The notes under the pieces were generated by a model. It worked only from the letters and a program-made list of their open reading frames with translations, was not told the DNA's origin and made no database searches. Shown here in pieces: positions 11,801 through 24,662 of a DNA stretch of 64,000 nt. Made by a program: the position numbers and the translations under genes. Origin of the DNA: Neoechinorhynchus agilis (lineage: Eukaryota; Animalia; Acanthocephala); NCBI GenBank assembly GCA_051530055.1, contig CM121341.1, positions 16,408,784 through 16,472,783 on the forward strand. Direction: 5' to 3'. Positions within the stretch are counted from its first letter, which is position 1. Each line of letters begins with the position of its first letter.

Positions 11801-13473
11801 AGCAAGGTCGACTAGTGCCCGAATTCCCAATCCCCCAGATGACACAGGCAAAGAAGCTTGTCGCCACGCCTCATCTGAGAGCTGGACATTTAAAATACGT
11901 TCGAGGCATGCCCTCACCTTATCGTCCAGCTTTGCCAATCCTTTTTTGTGTTTGAAAAATGTTGCTGTGCGAACCTTATACAATAATTTGGGGATGAAGA
12001 GCGCGTTCTTTATGAGAAACAAGGCTTCATGAGCCGAGAGAACACACACCCTATCGCACAGCAACGAAAGTTTCGGTATCATATGGCCGATCTCATCTTC
12101 CACATTTGAATCGAAGACGCAACTACCCAGGAGGCAGAGTTGCTCTGGAGTCACGAGTTTCAGACCTGGAGCTACGGCCTCGAACCCATCCATTAGTTCC
12201 TAGACTTTGGCGGCGTCTTCGATATTTAATGCTAGAATCTCACACTTTCCAGCATTAAGCTCAATGCCCATCTTCGAGGTCTCCCTAATCAGCGTCTCCA
12301 AATCGCGCAGTACAACGGAGGGATCACCTCCGAGCGTAGCGTCATCCAAGTACCAAGCGTTGAAGCTGGAATGGAGAGAATGCGCTATTGGATTTACTGT
12401 TAGGGAGAATGCGATTGGACTGAGGGGATCTCCTCGCTGCACTCCTCTTTCGGACCAAATGAGGTGGTCTTCGAAAAGCAAAGGAGTCGCCGTCCCGTAG
12501 GCATTGAGAAAATACTGGAAGGCTTCTGGTGTTTGATCCCTAATTGCACAGAACATACTTTCTCTATTAAGAGAGAGTTAAAGGCATTTTGAAAATCACA
12601 CTTGAGAATCACGCACGGCTCTGAACTCCTCGTAGTAAAGTTTCGGAGCGCGTGGACAATAGCTTCCGCCCGCAGGATGTGCAGCAGCCCAGTTGGACTG
12701 AGCGAAGTTGCTGCCCGGTTTTCTCTGTGAAACGTTTACAGAGAATTTTTCCTGCAACTCGGCGTATCGTCGAAGATACGGCGATGGGACGGATCCCACC
12801 TTCTTTTTTGTGAGGGCACATAATGATGCTCCGAAAAATAGGTCTTTTGCAACGGAAGGCCGCTTGAGTTGCGGATTGATTTTGGCTTCTGGTTTATAAA
12901 ACGAGTATGGAAAGTTTTGAGAGATTTAGAAACATCAATAAGAGAATCGATATAATCCTTTTTATGGCGTATTTTTATAACAAAGATTTGGAATTACGCA
13001 CATAAGAATTGGAAAAGATTTTCCTTAAATGATGAACATACGTTCAACGAGATTGTGAGGCGACTTAAAAAACGAGACAGGGAGAAAGTGTTGTCCTGGA
13101 AAAGGAAGAACGGACTCTGAATTCATTTTTTTTGTTCGATGTAATTATTTCATCCGTAATCGTAGACGTACTCCCCAATATTTTTTGTTCTTTTGGGCCG
13201 CTACATATAAACTAGACAGGGAGAGAAGTCCTGTCTAAAAAGGCTTCTGAGTATGCCGAATTATCCCGCGGGGGATAATTCTTTTGTTATTTCAATTTGG
13301 TTACTTCCTTCCTGATCTCGAGGCTCAGAGATCAGCAATTTATCGAATCAGGAGTGGGGGTAACATAGGGAATGGTATTAGACAAAGGACTATGGAGTCG
13401 GATGGATGGTGTGTGCAGTATCTAAACCGTAGTATAAGTGAATATGTGTACGAACCACTAAATAGATAACTTT
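8862..13473 (+). mobile_element. Decayed APE-type non-LTR retrotransposon (I/R1/Jockey-like ORF1 with CCHC knuckles, APE remnant, C-terminal remnant), interrupted by a CRE element
   Basis: ORF 9513..10148 has tandem knuckles CTNCCKWGHTSFQC..KCMRCGGPH..CANC-like PANCLGNHEAYRRTC. ORF 10204..10599 has an APE-like IIVGDLN. After the CRE insert, RVWKVLRDL (~12902) and RIRSGG..WCVQY..SISEY (~13345-13450) resemble ORF2 linker and C-terminal motifs. Many stops; no RT core recognised. Confidence 0.65.
10825..12890 (-). mobile_element. CRE-clade non-LTR retrotransposon (RT plus restriction-like endonuclease), 5'-truncated and frameshifted
   Basis: KKEGGIRPIAV, ILKCDFQNAFNSL, GVQRGDPLSP and WYLDDATLGG are spread across three frames (12200-12821). 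The 442-aa ORF 10865..12193 has CRCG..HGLVC..RH, RPDG..WDATC, K..KY and a terminal QRGNAA, typical of CRE-type RLE ends. Confidence 0.85.
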
Positions 13474-13531
13474 ACGCATCGAGTTCTTGTTTTGGTTCGA
13501 AATGCTAATCTATCCAAATTAGGAAAAGAAT
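13474..13531 (+). repeat. ~58-bp direct repeat, copy 2
   Basis: Matches 8804-8861 at about 50 of 58 positions by eye. Confidence 0.85.
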
Positions 13532-13789
13532 TACTTTTGAGCAAATCGCCGTCAAATATTCTGTTCTTTCGGTAGACTTATTTCGCCTATGAGTTCGTTG
13601 ACGTCGCGCATTTGATTGAAATTTTTAAACTATCTTTTTTCCGGAATGCATCCTGTTTGTTGTGGCGTTTCAAGATTGGATTCACTAGAATAGTAAATTA
13701 TTACCGTTTGGAAAAGCGAATGTTATCTTTTTTATTGTATTCTCTGAATTCTTGTTTTTGGAACACCATTATCACTACTTTATAGATAA

Positions 13790-15835
13790 ATGGAATTTTC
13801 TCAAATCTGTCATCTTTTGTCTAAAGCTGATACTAACGACAATGATAAAATCGCACTCCTTTTAATAGTATGTATTTTTTAATTTTTACACCAGACGGTC
13901 AATTTTGTTTTCGCGAAGGTCTTAAAGAGCGTTAAGGCTGAGGAAGTACGAGAACAAGCTAAGCGAGATAGACTTCTTCGAGCCATATCAGTCGACTTTT
14001 TGATTCGTCTTTTGAACACAGGAGACGTGGATTGTCCTTTACATTCACAGGATTTCTCAGCTCAGTCGGTCGCACTCGCTCTTTTGACCACATTTTGTGA
14101 CCTACCCCGTCTTCGGCAACATCCAGCATTCCGCGCGTCTTTAAATCGACTTTGTTCAATGAATTTGCGATTAAAAAACATGATATTTGCTTGTTCTGAA
14201 TATGTAAGTGGAGTCGCTGATTGTCTCGTTTCTCTAACTGCAGAGTGTCCCTCAATCGCTTTTGTGGAGTCCGGTTCTTTTGAAAAGATTCTTGTTGGCC
14301 TTCACGAGATAATATCTCGGGGACATGGAGAACTTGAACAAAAATACACTACGATTTGCATGAGCGTTATGGTAAAAGAGCAAAATGTTACGCGCGACAC
14401 GTTCTCGAAGTTCATAAATAATCTTCTTCGAGACAGGAGCGATGATATTTCCTTTCTCTACCGAAAACTAGAATTTTTGGTGAATTTAACCGACAAGCTA
14501 CCGGTATATTTCCTAATTTTCATTTTTTAACCCGAGAAATTTAAACATAGATTCAAGAGTACATTGATGATGACACTTTGAAAACATTGATCCGATTCGC
14601 ATTTCAGGGTATTCAATCTCAAACTATTCGTATGTACTTTTCATCTTTTGCCTCGTTATTAATTCATCAAATTTAGCTCCTAAAGCAATCCAAAGATTTC
14701 TGATTCTCACATCACATATTTTCTCTGAAAGGTCGTTTATCTTCCATTACATGAAATCACCGGATATGTCATTGGATTCACTCTCGATAACCGTCGCCAG
14801 AATAAAAGCTGAAATTGCACTTGCCTTTTATGGTATCTTGCAAGAAGAACATCAATGTCTTAGTTCGTTTGAAAGTATGTTGAAGTTTATCTTAAACTTG
14901 AAGGAAATTATGACGGAAGAAGATGATGGATTGGATGAAAAATTTATCATTGGCACGGCTGTTACTATTTTTAAGTTAACCGAGATAATTTTGGAAGGGT
15001 TTGTGCAACGTTGTCATGCATCGTTCGAACTTAATTGTTAGTGGAACTTGGGAAGTTTGAACGCTTACTCCAAGGGCACAACGTTTTCTTATTTTTTTGC
15101 GGTAAAAATTATTCTTTATTACAAAGGCAGAAAGTCAATTCCTTTTTAATGTTTCATCGAGCTGTTTAGTATTTTGGAAAGGCTTGACATATTATATTTA
15201 TTTGAAATATGATTACGATTCTTATTTGATTATCCCGAAGGATTTTCTATCTATGGCAAAACTAAGTGTATCTTTACCATCTACGACGTTGATAGCAATC
15301 CAAAATCGAGCTTATCTGCCACTTGAATACATTAAAAATTACTATCAAAATGTTCGCATTCCCAATAATCGCTCTTATTTTTTACACTTTTCTGCATGAC
15401 AGCCTGGTAGAGCTCTCCAAAGTCAATGTAACGCTCGACGAACAAATCCATTCTGACATTTGTACTTTTTTGTTAAGATCTGGTCAATTTATGTGTCTAA
15501 TTGCCACTGAAGATACCGATTATCTGACTACAACAAGGATTTTGTACATATTTCTAGAATTGTACAAACTCTTTGTTCTAGTAAACTATGTTCAAGTATA
15601 CTTTCGATCCTAATTTACTGGTATAAGATTTTTGTACACTTTTATCCGTTTTTCAAATTATTCCATTTATAGCTCCTACAACCTATCTGAACTGACGGAT
15701 GACCTTCTACATCTAATCTACGCGAAAATTGAAGACCTGAACGAATCAGAAGTGGCACGGGTTGTAAAGTGTAACAGACAAAGATTAAGTAAAGAAACTG
15801 CCGAATGGTTGTTGAGTCAAATTGGCGACATGTAA
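13790..15835 (+). CDS. NCDN: Neurochondrin-like armadillo-type protein, multi-exon
   Basis: MEFSQICHLLSKADTNDNDKIALLLI, then an intron, then VLKSVKAEE..LLRAISVDFLIRLLNT..QSVALALLTTFCDLPRLRQHP. This matches neurochondrin [55 protein letters not shown]. Introns of 47 nt at 14504-14550 and 14630-14676; stop TAA at 15833-15835. Later exon boundaries not all resolved. Confidence 0.8.
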
Positions 15836-15941
15836 ACACTTTCTGTATTTATAGCCAAACTTTCTCGCTCTCTCAAGTTAAATAAATTACAAATTTGATA
15901 TCGCTCTATTTATACGAATCGTTTTCCATCTCCCTCTCAAA

Positions 15942-16467
15942 CTACAGCCTCCGTCGTTGCGAGGTAGACTGATTTTGGTTTGGGTAACGATACCGGTAGT
16001 TCTGCGTATCTTCTACTGATGCAGTGGATGTTGTTGGTAGTATACTAGACGCGAAAACATCAATTATTCTTCTTCGAAACGTCCTTCTTGCTGTTCTATT
16101 TCCGGATCCGCTGCGGTTTCGGTTCTCTTCTGGACGACAACAACGATTAGGCGGTGGCTGTAGATAAGGTTGCGGCTGAGTTTCGGCAATTGCATTTACA
16201 ATATCATCACCAGCATCCGTTACACTTTGACAGTTGACGGCTGCCGCTGCTGCTGCCACTGCTGCAACTGCGGCTATTGCGAGCACTTCCTGGTTAGATC
16301 TGCGACGGTGCTGTTGGTGGTGGCTCGACGATCGACGGCGACTACGGCAGCCTTGGATTTCCCGAGAATATTGAACCCGAACAGGTAGGTTAACTTTCTC
16401 ATCTGCATACGCTGCACAAATACTCACGGTATTCGCAAACATTGAACTTTGCACAAGACGACTGCAT
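15942..16467 (-). CDS. Hypothetical low-complexity protein (Arg/His/Gln and poly-Ala tracts)
   Basis: 170-codon open frame. ATG at 16467 joins it in frame through a candidate 25-nt GTGAGT...TGCAG intron. No family recognised. Confidence 0.4.
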
Positions 16468-17810
16468 ATTCTTTTTATTCGTGATTTTTTATTTACAAAC
16501 TTCGGTCATGAATTTCAAGTCTGAACATGCAGAGTAATATTGTTATAGTGATTTACAAGAACAACGCAATTAGGTATGTTCGTCATGGAACCAAACCTTC
16601 TGTCAATTGAATATAATTGTATTTCGGAAAAGTCGATCATTCATCGCCAACAAAATGATTATACAATTACCCGACAAATCTTTGTGCAAAAAATCCCGTC
16701 TATTAAACTTCTTTGTGATTAAAGCAGATGCATTATCGTTTAATATAAGAATTAACCTGGAAAATAGGTACACTGCCCCTTAGCAATAACTATGGAAATA
16801 TTATCTACCACTCTCGATTATGAAATCATTGCTAAAGGTGGTCCGAGTAATTGAGTAATAACGCTGACTGACTTCTGTAAAATTAATATTGAAGTTTTCT
16901 GATGATGGGACTTAGCAGATCAATTCAGCCATCGCAAATTTACGGAGATATTCGTTGTTGTCTGGCTATTATATTAATTTTCTACACCCAGACAAAAACG
17001 ACTGCGGATACAAATTTTGGAGATTTTTCATGATTTTTCTGTGCATATATTGAAGGGGTTGCTTCGCGTTATCTGGTTGGTCAGATCGTAATTATAAGAA
17101 CCTATCAGCATTGTGTTTGCGATCCATTAAGTATTTGTGCGATAACTATTTAGAATAACAGTTCGATTCGATGTTGGTTCTGTGCTTGTACGGAAGTAGA
17201 TCCGTCTTCGCATTTCTCGTTGATATTGTCGTTCAGCGTCCATGACGCCCTGCTCATGATTGCAGAGTTGGCAGCAAATGGTGGATAGGGCCGTTGAGGC
17301 TGTTGAGACGGATGTCAGGATACAATCCTTTTGAGGTTGAAGCGTGGGTTGTGTTGATAGGGTAGGACTCACTTGTTGCATTTAGCATAATCGGCTTATA
17401 GTTTTAAGCAGCAGATTGGTTCATTCCTTGGGGAGTAAAGAGTAGAATCTGCGGTGGAAAGAATAGATACGGTTTTTGGGCTGTGGTAGCACAAGATTTT
17501 TGCTCTTTCTTGCTGTCTGTCTCACTTTCGCGATGTACATACGCCGCCGGAGGGAATGGCGTGCTCGCCGGTAGTTGCGCAAATGCAGCGGAGACGCTTA
17601 TGAGATGACAGTAGCTCCGGTGGATTGGTAGCCGTCGAGACGTCGAGACAAATCGGACTTATCAGTCTAGACACACGATGCCATGGCGCTCAATCACCTT
17701 CTGTTTCGTTTTTCTACTCCTCAATGACGCCCGGCTGGGCTGGTAGCACAGTCAGAGGGCGGAGTAAATTTCAAATTTCTATTCTCACTCCCCTCCATTC
17801 GCCGTCGCAT

Positions 17811-18257
17811 TTATGATAAGCAGTGGGGTGGCGAAAAACCTCTTTCCGCCTCCTTTTGGCGAAGAGCGTCTAGACAAAAATTGGGTGGTAGAGATGAGGA
17901 TGGAGAAAATGTTCGAGACAGCGTAGGCGGAGACATCCTCCGAACACGAAGAACGACAACCGGATGTGGTAGCAATGAACGTGGAGTGTGCCGTGAATGA
18001 GAAATGGTGGAGAATTTAATAAAGACTTTTGTGGGAAACTCGCTGAACAACGATGACGGCGGCAGCGGCGGAAACGTATTGTACTGCTCCGCCGGTGCAG
18101 CTCCAGAAAAAGCAGACGACGGGAAAATGATGAATAACGCACGCCTCAGAAAATCTTTGTACCGAGACGGGAGTTGCTCATGGGGGAGCCAGCGGGTGCA
18201 ATATTGAACGAAATTGATCGACTGCTTTGTTCGATGAAATCGGCGAAATATCTTCAT
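17811..18257 (-). CDS. Hypothetical Pro/Ser-rich ORF (148 aa)
   Basis: ATG-initiated ORF in a GC-rich island; no motif recognised; may be non-coding. Confidence 0.25.
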   Translation of the reverse strand: MKIFRRFHRTKQSINFVQYCTRWLPHEQLPSRYKDFLRRALFIIFPSSAFSGAAPAEQYNTFPPLPPSSLFSEFPTKVFIKFSTISHSRHTPRSLLPHPVVVLRVRRMSPPTLSRTFSPSSSLPPNFCLDALRQKEAERGFSPPHCLS

Positions 18258-19804
18258 TGCGAGAAACGTGAAGAATGGGTCCTAGCATGGTTAACCACAA
18301 TTAGGCGCAAATGTGCTCTCTGAATAGGACGTGGAGTGGAGAATTTATTTAACGGTAGTGGAAACTTACACTGATGCATGTTGTTCGAGATAAGTATCGA
18401 ACTATGGCGATAAACAAAATCAATATCAAAAATAATTAACTTTTAGAAATCATCAGAATGAGTGAGGAGTTGGTAATTCCTACAATAAGAATGTCAAATG
18501 ACCAAGGTTAGGCGATCTAATTATTATTTCGTGGAGCAAAATAAAAATCGATGTTGGAGGAACGAAGGCTAATGTAAAAAATCTTCGAGCGGTTCGAAAA
18601 AGTTAGTTATGATGGCGATTTACCCGGAAAGGGCAAATTAAATTTACACGATCTATCCTAGTGAATCCGACGAGAGGCGGGGGATTGGCTTAGAGAAAAC
18701 GACTTGCTTTGCTCATATGATACTAAATTTGGTTTTTGTAATATCGAAGAATCAAACATTATTCAATCTTTCCGAATGGCTTATAAAAAAGAATCAATAG
18801 TTGGATACCAAGAACATTTTCATTTAATGTAAAAAAGAAAGAAAAAATGCAAGAGAATGAATTTTCCCTCTGTAAATTAAACCAGCTACAAGTCGCTTTA
18901 GGGTAAAAGGCATCGAGCAAGAACATAACAATAAGCGATGTGACTAGTCGGCATCTTTTTCTAAAGAATCTTAAAGCTAGTCTTAAGAACGCGGCAATCT
19001 GTCATAAAGACTGGGGTCAATAGCATCACTGTTGTTTTTTCTTTGTAGGCTTCCCTAGATAAATTCTATTAGAAGAATCCTTTAGTTCCATTTCGTTGTT
19101 AAAAATCAAAATGCAATTGGAAACGATTGAAAGACGATTCAGATAGCGATTGTAATGAAAATTGATCTATTGAGATAAATACGACAATTTAGACTTAGAT
19201 TTTCAATAATATCTTTAAAGCATAAAACTGTATTAAAGAACGACCAGTCCAACCTACAGCAACTGATGGAGTCTCAGGATTTTCGAGCTAAAATCTAGTT
19301 GTGTGATTAGTAATGATGGAGACACTGTACAGTGAAAGGAGGAGAATCTAGACTGAATCCAAAGGCATTAGCAAATGTGTCCTTTAAATGGATATTAACC
19401 CCATTCCAGTCGGCATTAAACTCATGGAGATTAACCCTAGCACGGTGAAATATTGACCTTGTCATCTTTATAAATGGACATTAAAGGAGACGCAAGTCAT
19501 GAAGTGCAATGTATGCCACAAAAAGAATCTCTTCGGTCGATGGTACACGTGCAGTTTCGTTGTGTAATACCTTCTCTCGCCGAGTTCCCATTCGCCCCTT
19601 GTTTCACACAAATGTGCGTTTCTCCCCTTCCGTCTACTAGAAGACATGCTGATGCCATACACCACAATCATATTTAGTGTGGTGTTGTCGTCGTTTCGCT
19701 GCAGACAACTCTAATAGTCGTCGATGAAGGTCAAATCACACCCTGAATCCTTAATATGCCCATCCCAATCACATCATTTTAAGTTTATGGCTGAGTTTTA
19801 GTTA

Positions 19805-22800
19805 TTAATCATGCCATCGGAGCCATCGGTTCACTGCGGTGAATGAAGGACCGTATTCACTTAGAGCCGAAAATTTGCTCATCAGTTGCTTAAAACTCGG
19901 TCTGCTGTTCGGATTTAGTTTCCAGCAATCCATCACTATTGACCAAGTGGTCGGAGAACAGGTGCTTGGCCTACCCAAACGCCCGCCGTTTTGGAGAAAA
20001 TGAAACAATTGGGTTGGCTCTTGAGCCACATGCTCATAGGGAAATTGACAATTCGTAAACATCTCCCAAATCACGATTCCGAAGCTCCAAACGTCGCTCT
20101 TGTTCGTAAAATGGAAATGCGCGAATGACTCTGGGGCATACCTGATCCAGATCGGATTGCAGTTTATGAAACAGAGGAACGGCTCACCATTGGAAAGGAA
20201 TAGGACAGTCGGACTGCTGGACGTATTCGTTAGAAGATGAATTACCAGTATATCGGGATAATCCAAAGTCGGATATCTTTATCTAAAAAAGGATTTTCTA
20301 ATGAAGAACATCTATATTACTTTATCAATCTTGCTGATATTTTGACACAATAATTGCACTTTGCATTCTCTTCTGATGTGTAATAAAAAGAAAAAGTCAC
20401 GGTTTGTCAACTGAATTGCAGTAATTACTCTTGAAATGAATACGAACAAAACGTCTCAATAATTTTGCTAACTTAAATAATGGCAATTCGTCAAACTTAA
20501 TTAGATTAGAACAACATGTCGAGTTATTTTTCTGTTTTAGGGGGGACAATATAAGTCTTTAGCTTTCGAATTTTTGTAAACAACAATGATCATGAAGCAA
20601 ACTGTGTTTACAAAACGTATAATTTTTTGTTTATGAATCTCTGTTAAACTTACTCGATCTTCTGATGCGAGAAGGATATTTCTAGCGGCTAGATCCCTGT
20701 GAACATAGCGTGACGCTTCCATGAACTGCATTCCAGAACAAATTTGAATAATCCACGTCTTTAACTGATTTGGTCGAGAATGCGGTTTTGTCAGCCGATC
20801 GATCAACGAACCGAGTGGAATCAATTCTTGAACCTAAAGATTCAATTAAATTCTCCGTGAACATCGTCATACCTACCATCCATAGATTGTTTCCGTCAGT
20901 AACTATTCCGTACAAACGGACAATAAATGGATGTATTAGCTGCTGCATCACGCTTGCTTCTTGAATAAACTCCCTTTTTTGACTTTTAGCAACGCCGTCT
21001 CTTAAAACTTTCACAGCTACCGGGTGCTTATCAGAGATTTGTGGTTAGTTAAAAAACAATCAAAGCTTACTTTCATAAAGCTTTCATCAATGTAATAGCC
21101 ACTGTAGACTTTCCCAAAATTACCTTGACCTAACATGTGCCCAAATTTTATTTGAGTGGAGTCAATTCTGGGAATCATCGAAGATTTAGATCGCAGCGAG
21201 TTGAATCCAAAATCTGCTTGAAATTGGAATGAGGATTATAAAAGCAATACTCTACATTTTAAGTGTATTCTGCTCATCGGATAATGTCACAATAAGTTTC
21301 AAATCTTATACTAATTTCAGATTATCTCAGTTTTGGAACAATTTTATTGGGATGTCACGATTCAAGAACTTCGCGTAGTTCCATTGCTAATCTGGAGCAA
21401 TGTCTTTATGATAAAATATCTAACGATTCCATTACTTTTTCAAAATTTATATATTCTGCAAAAAAACCCTGGCATATCGTCCCCGCAAATTGGTTTTAAT
21501 TTTGAATACGTTCAATATTTTTATTTTTCTCCTGTTGAAGGGAATAACTTTTTGATTTCCGCTTTCATAATAGCGTTGTGATTCTTACTTAAAAGCCGTT
21601 TTAAATTAAGAGTATCAAACAATTGTCGTTTGTTGTGCCCATTTTGTTGTTGACGCGAGGATCCAAGATTGCTTAAGAAGTTTGCAAATGATGTACCTGA
21701 GAAAGTGAAGGCTATTTTTATTTGGAATGATCGATTATTGCTTACTTTGTGGTCGCTGCCCTGCATGGTGTGAAGTTCTGGACGAAAGATTCATGGCTGA
21801 AGAGTTTAATCTATGGGGCCGAGTTCCATCACTCTTTTGGGTTAAAGTGCTTCCACTAGAATTCACAGGTAACAATCTTAGACCTGATGAGAGATTATTT
21901 GTCGATCCGCTATGAGTCTTTACATTGATGGATCTTAGGCGAGGTGTCATCGAAGTTGACGATCGTGGTTTCGCAGATTTAACAGGCGGTGGTTGAATTC
22001 CGTTGGAGACCAAAGGAAGTTCCTTAGGTTCCCCAGAAGACGATGCTTGCCTATTGATTGACGTCGTAGCCCTGAGTTCAGAAGGTGATGACAGCCGATT
22101 TTTTGACGACACAGCAGCGGTGGCAACAGTATTATTTGGTACCCGGCGGGTAATTTCTAGCTTTTTACGTGACTGAAAATCGGATTTCCTTTGATTATCA
22201 GTCAGTGTAGTTGGATTTCCGTCTATAACCTGAGCGCATATTGGGTGTACCCGTAAGCCAAAAGTTTCGGTGAAATCATCGATGGCGTGCTCAAGGCTGT
22301 AAAATGCTTCTCCTCCATCATTCTCATATAAACCATCTTCCTTTTAAGTAAAAATTATTAAGATTTTATGTTCAATTTAACCTACGAACCCTCTGAGTGA
22401 TTCGAAACCGAACCCAGTCTCCATTAGACCAAACGCACACAGTGTAATTGTGACTGTTCGAACGACTTTTTCTAACGTAAAATGCTCCATTCATTCCTCG
22501 ATATTTTGCTTCAATACTCGCTTGTTCCTTTTAACAAAAACAATGAAAAATATATAGTTATCAATTATTTTATCTAGTCTTCCATTTACTCACCTCTTCG
22601 CTGGTTTCTCCATGGTACCAATAGAATCTGTTCGTTTTCGCTGGTTCTCGATTCTGTGCACCTTGCGAATAGCGCGAATTCCAATCAAAATGTCACAATA
22701 AAAGCAGCTCACTAAGTTCATTGATGCATTGAGTAGATTTGTACTCGTGTGCAATTTGCAAAGGAGTTTTTCCGTCGTCACTGAGGCATAAAGGATTCGC

Positions 22801-24420
22801 ACCCAAGCTGAGCAGTGTCTGTACAAGAGAAACATGAACATTAGCGAAAACAAATTCGAAAGTTTTTAAAACGTGCAAACCACACTGGTTATTAAATCTT
22901 CGTGAAAAATAGTGTAGCGCGTGCAGATTTTATAGGCACTCAAATTAAAAACTTTGAGTGAGTCAAACTTGCTAAAAGAGCACTCAGCATATATACATTA
23001 CTCAAATGACACGTTTAAAAGAAAATCTTACATCTGAAAACGCTATTTTTTTATGGAAGCCCACCCCCGGAATAGTTTTAGATCGATCGGCAATCTTAAG
23101 TCGCACGTTTTTTTGCTTATCATTAAAAAGATTGAGTTAAAAGGTTTTGCAACGAGGCCAATGTTGACATTAGAATAGTACTAGACACTAAATAGTGCAA
23201 AAAATTTAATTTTATTAGTTTCCTAAGAAATTACACAAATAGAAATTGGAAAGCTCAATCTCTAGATGTTGTCGCTACCTTAATGGAATCTTTTCCTCGG
23301 AAATTGCTAGTGCTAATCTGGATTACGAATTTCCGCTTATAATTTACCTTAAGTGCCTGTACATTATTACATGCCGCAGCGCAGTGGAGTCCAGTGAACA
23401 AATTAAGAGAGTTCCGATCGTCGATATTGACCTTAGCATCTTCATGAAGAATAGAAATTATAGATGGATTGTTTCCAATCACAGCCATCTAATCCGAAAG
23501 TGAGCTCATTTTCACAAGAAGCAATCGCTACCTGTAGGGGAGTCCATCCGAATAAGTTTAGAAGATTAGGTGATGCTTTGTGTCTTAGTAATAGAGATAC
23601 AAGATCGTCCCTTCCTATGTAACAAGCCATATGAAGAGCAGTATTACCTGAGCAGAATGATCATTTTATTTGGTTCAAAGCAGAAAATAACCTTCCTCAT
23701 TTTTTATGTCGATTGGCGGACAGTGTGGACTTGTAAGAAGAATTTCAAGGTTATCATATGTTCCTATTCTCAATGAAGCGTCGTCTAAGTTTATCCCAAT
23801 TTGTTTACCTTCAGTAATAACTTTATGTAGAATCGTGGTATATCCTCTTTTCCACATATGTACAGGTAGAGGTTTCCCTTCAACCGGATTTGTAAGAACC
23901 GTATTAAATAACTCTTTTCCACGTTCTTTTATAAAAGTGATCAACTCTTCACCGTCGACAATTACATAATTCTTATGAGTGAAGGTTCCGTTTGAATACG
24001 CTTTAAATGAGAAGTGGTAGACAGTATTGTTTCGATTGCATGATAAGACCATATTGCTTGGATAATGCTCAGACATTCGCAGAAGGAATGACCCATCGCC
24101 ATGATCTGCTTGGTTTTTTATATTTATAAATCACAAGAAATTTAAAGGGCACCTTTTAGAACTTTCTCTGCTTTCGTTCGTGCAAGTTGTCCATGGAACG
24201 ATTTAAGAGTTTTACTCTTACTAAGATGATGCAAAAAATTTTGATTGAGTTGTCGTAGACTATCTTGCACATTTGAGTCTACTCTTTTTTCAGTTTATAA
24301 CAAAAAAATAGCCAAGGCAAATTATAGACATACTTTTGAATGTCTCGCGTAGTGTCTCTGTTCCTATAAATGAGAGATCACTCACTGTCTTCGACTCCGA
24401 CAAGGGTGTACTTGCAATCA
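19805..24420 (-). CDS. SHARK: SHARK/HTK16-type non-receptor tyrosine kinase (SH2-ankyrin repeats-SH2-TyrK), multi-exon
   Basis: SH2-1: SFHGQLARTKAEKVLK|ADHGDGSFLLRMSE (44-nt intron). Ankyrin repeats: TTILHKVITEG, GWTPLQVA, FTGLHCAAACN, GKTPLQIA. SH2-2: NGAFYVRKSRSNSHNYTVCV (~22500-22240). Kinase: GQGNFGKV, VAVKVL, YVHRDLAARNILL, IKISDFGLSR, W|YAPES (46-nt intron), KSDVWSFG. The 5' end is uncertain. Confidence 0.88.
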
Positions 24421-24444
24421 TCTGGAGAGAAAATCATTTCGTAA

Positions 24445-24662
24445 ATATAGCTTGTTTTCTGGCGTAGAAATTACAATGATTCTATTTTTAAAATCCGATA
24501 TTTCGGCACAATCTTGTACACGTTTATCAAGGTTGTCTGTGGATGATCTCACATATTTAAAAACTTACAACCAACCTTGATAAAAGCGTACAAGATTGTG
24601 CCGAAATATCGGATTTTAAAAATGAAATCATTTCAATTTCTTGGTCAGAAAACAACCTATAT
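24445..24662. repeat. Long foldback/inverted repeat (~90-bp arms, ~36-nt loop)
   Basis: 24484-24519 is the exact 36-bp reverse complement of 24588-24623. 24523-24535 pairs with 24572-24584. The outer arms pair imperfectly to about 24445/24662. Confidence 0.9.

Noticed and set aside
11157-12032. 291-aa plus-strand ORF and other ORFs overlapping the CRE element
   Set aside because: Antisense shadow frames of a GC-rich RT/RLE coding region; no independent motifs.
19311-19357. C/D-box snoRNA-like ATGATG...CTGA
   Set aside because: Too short, imperfect C box, no terminal stem and no recognisable rRNA antisense element.
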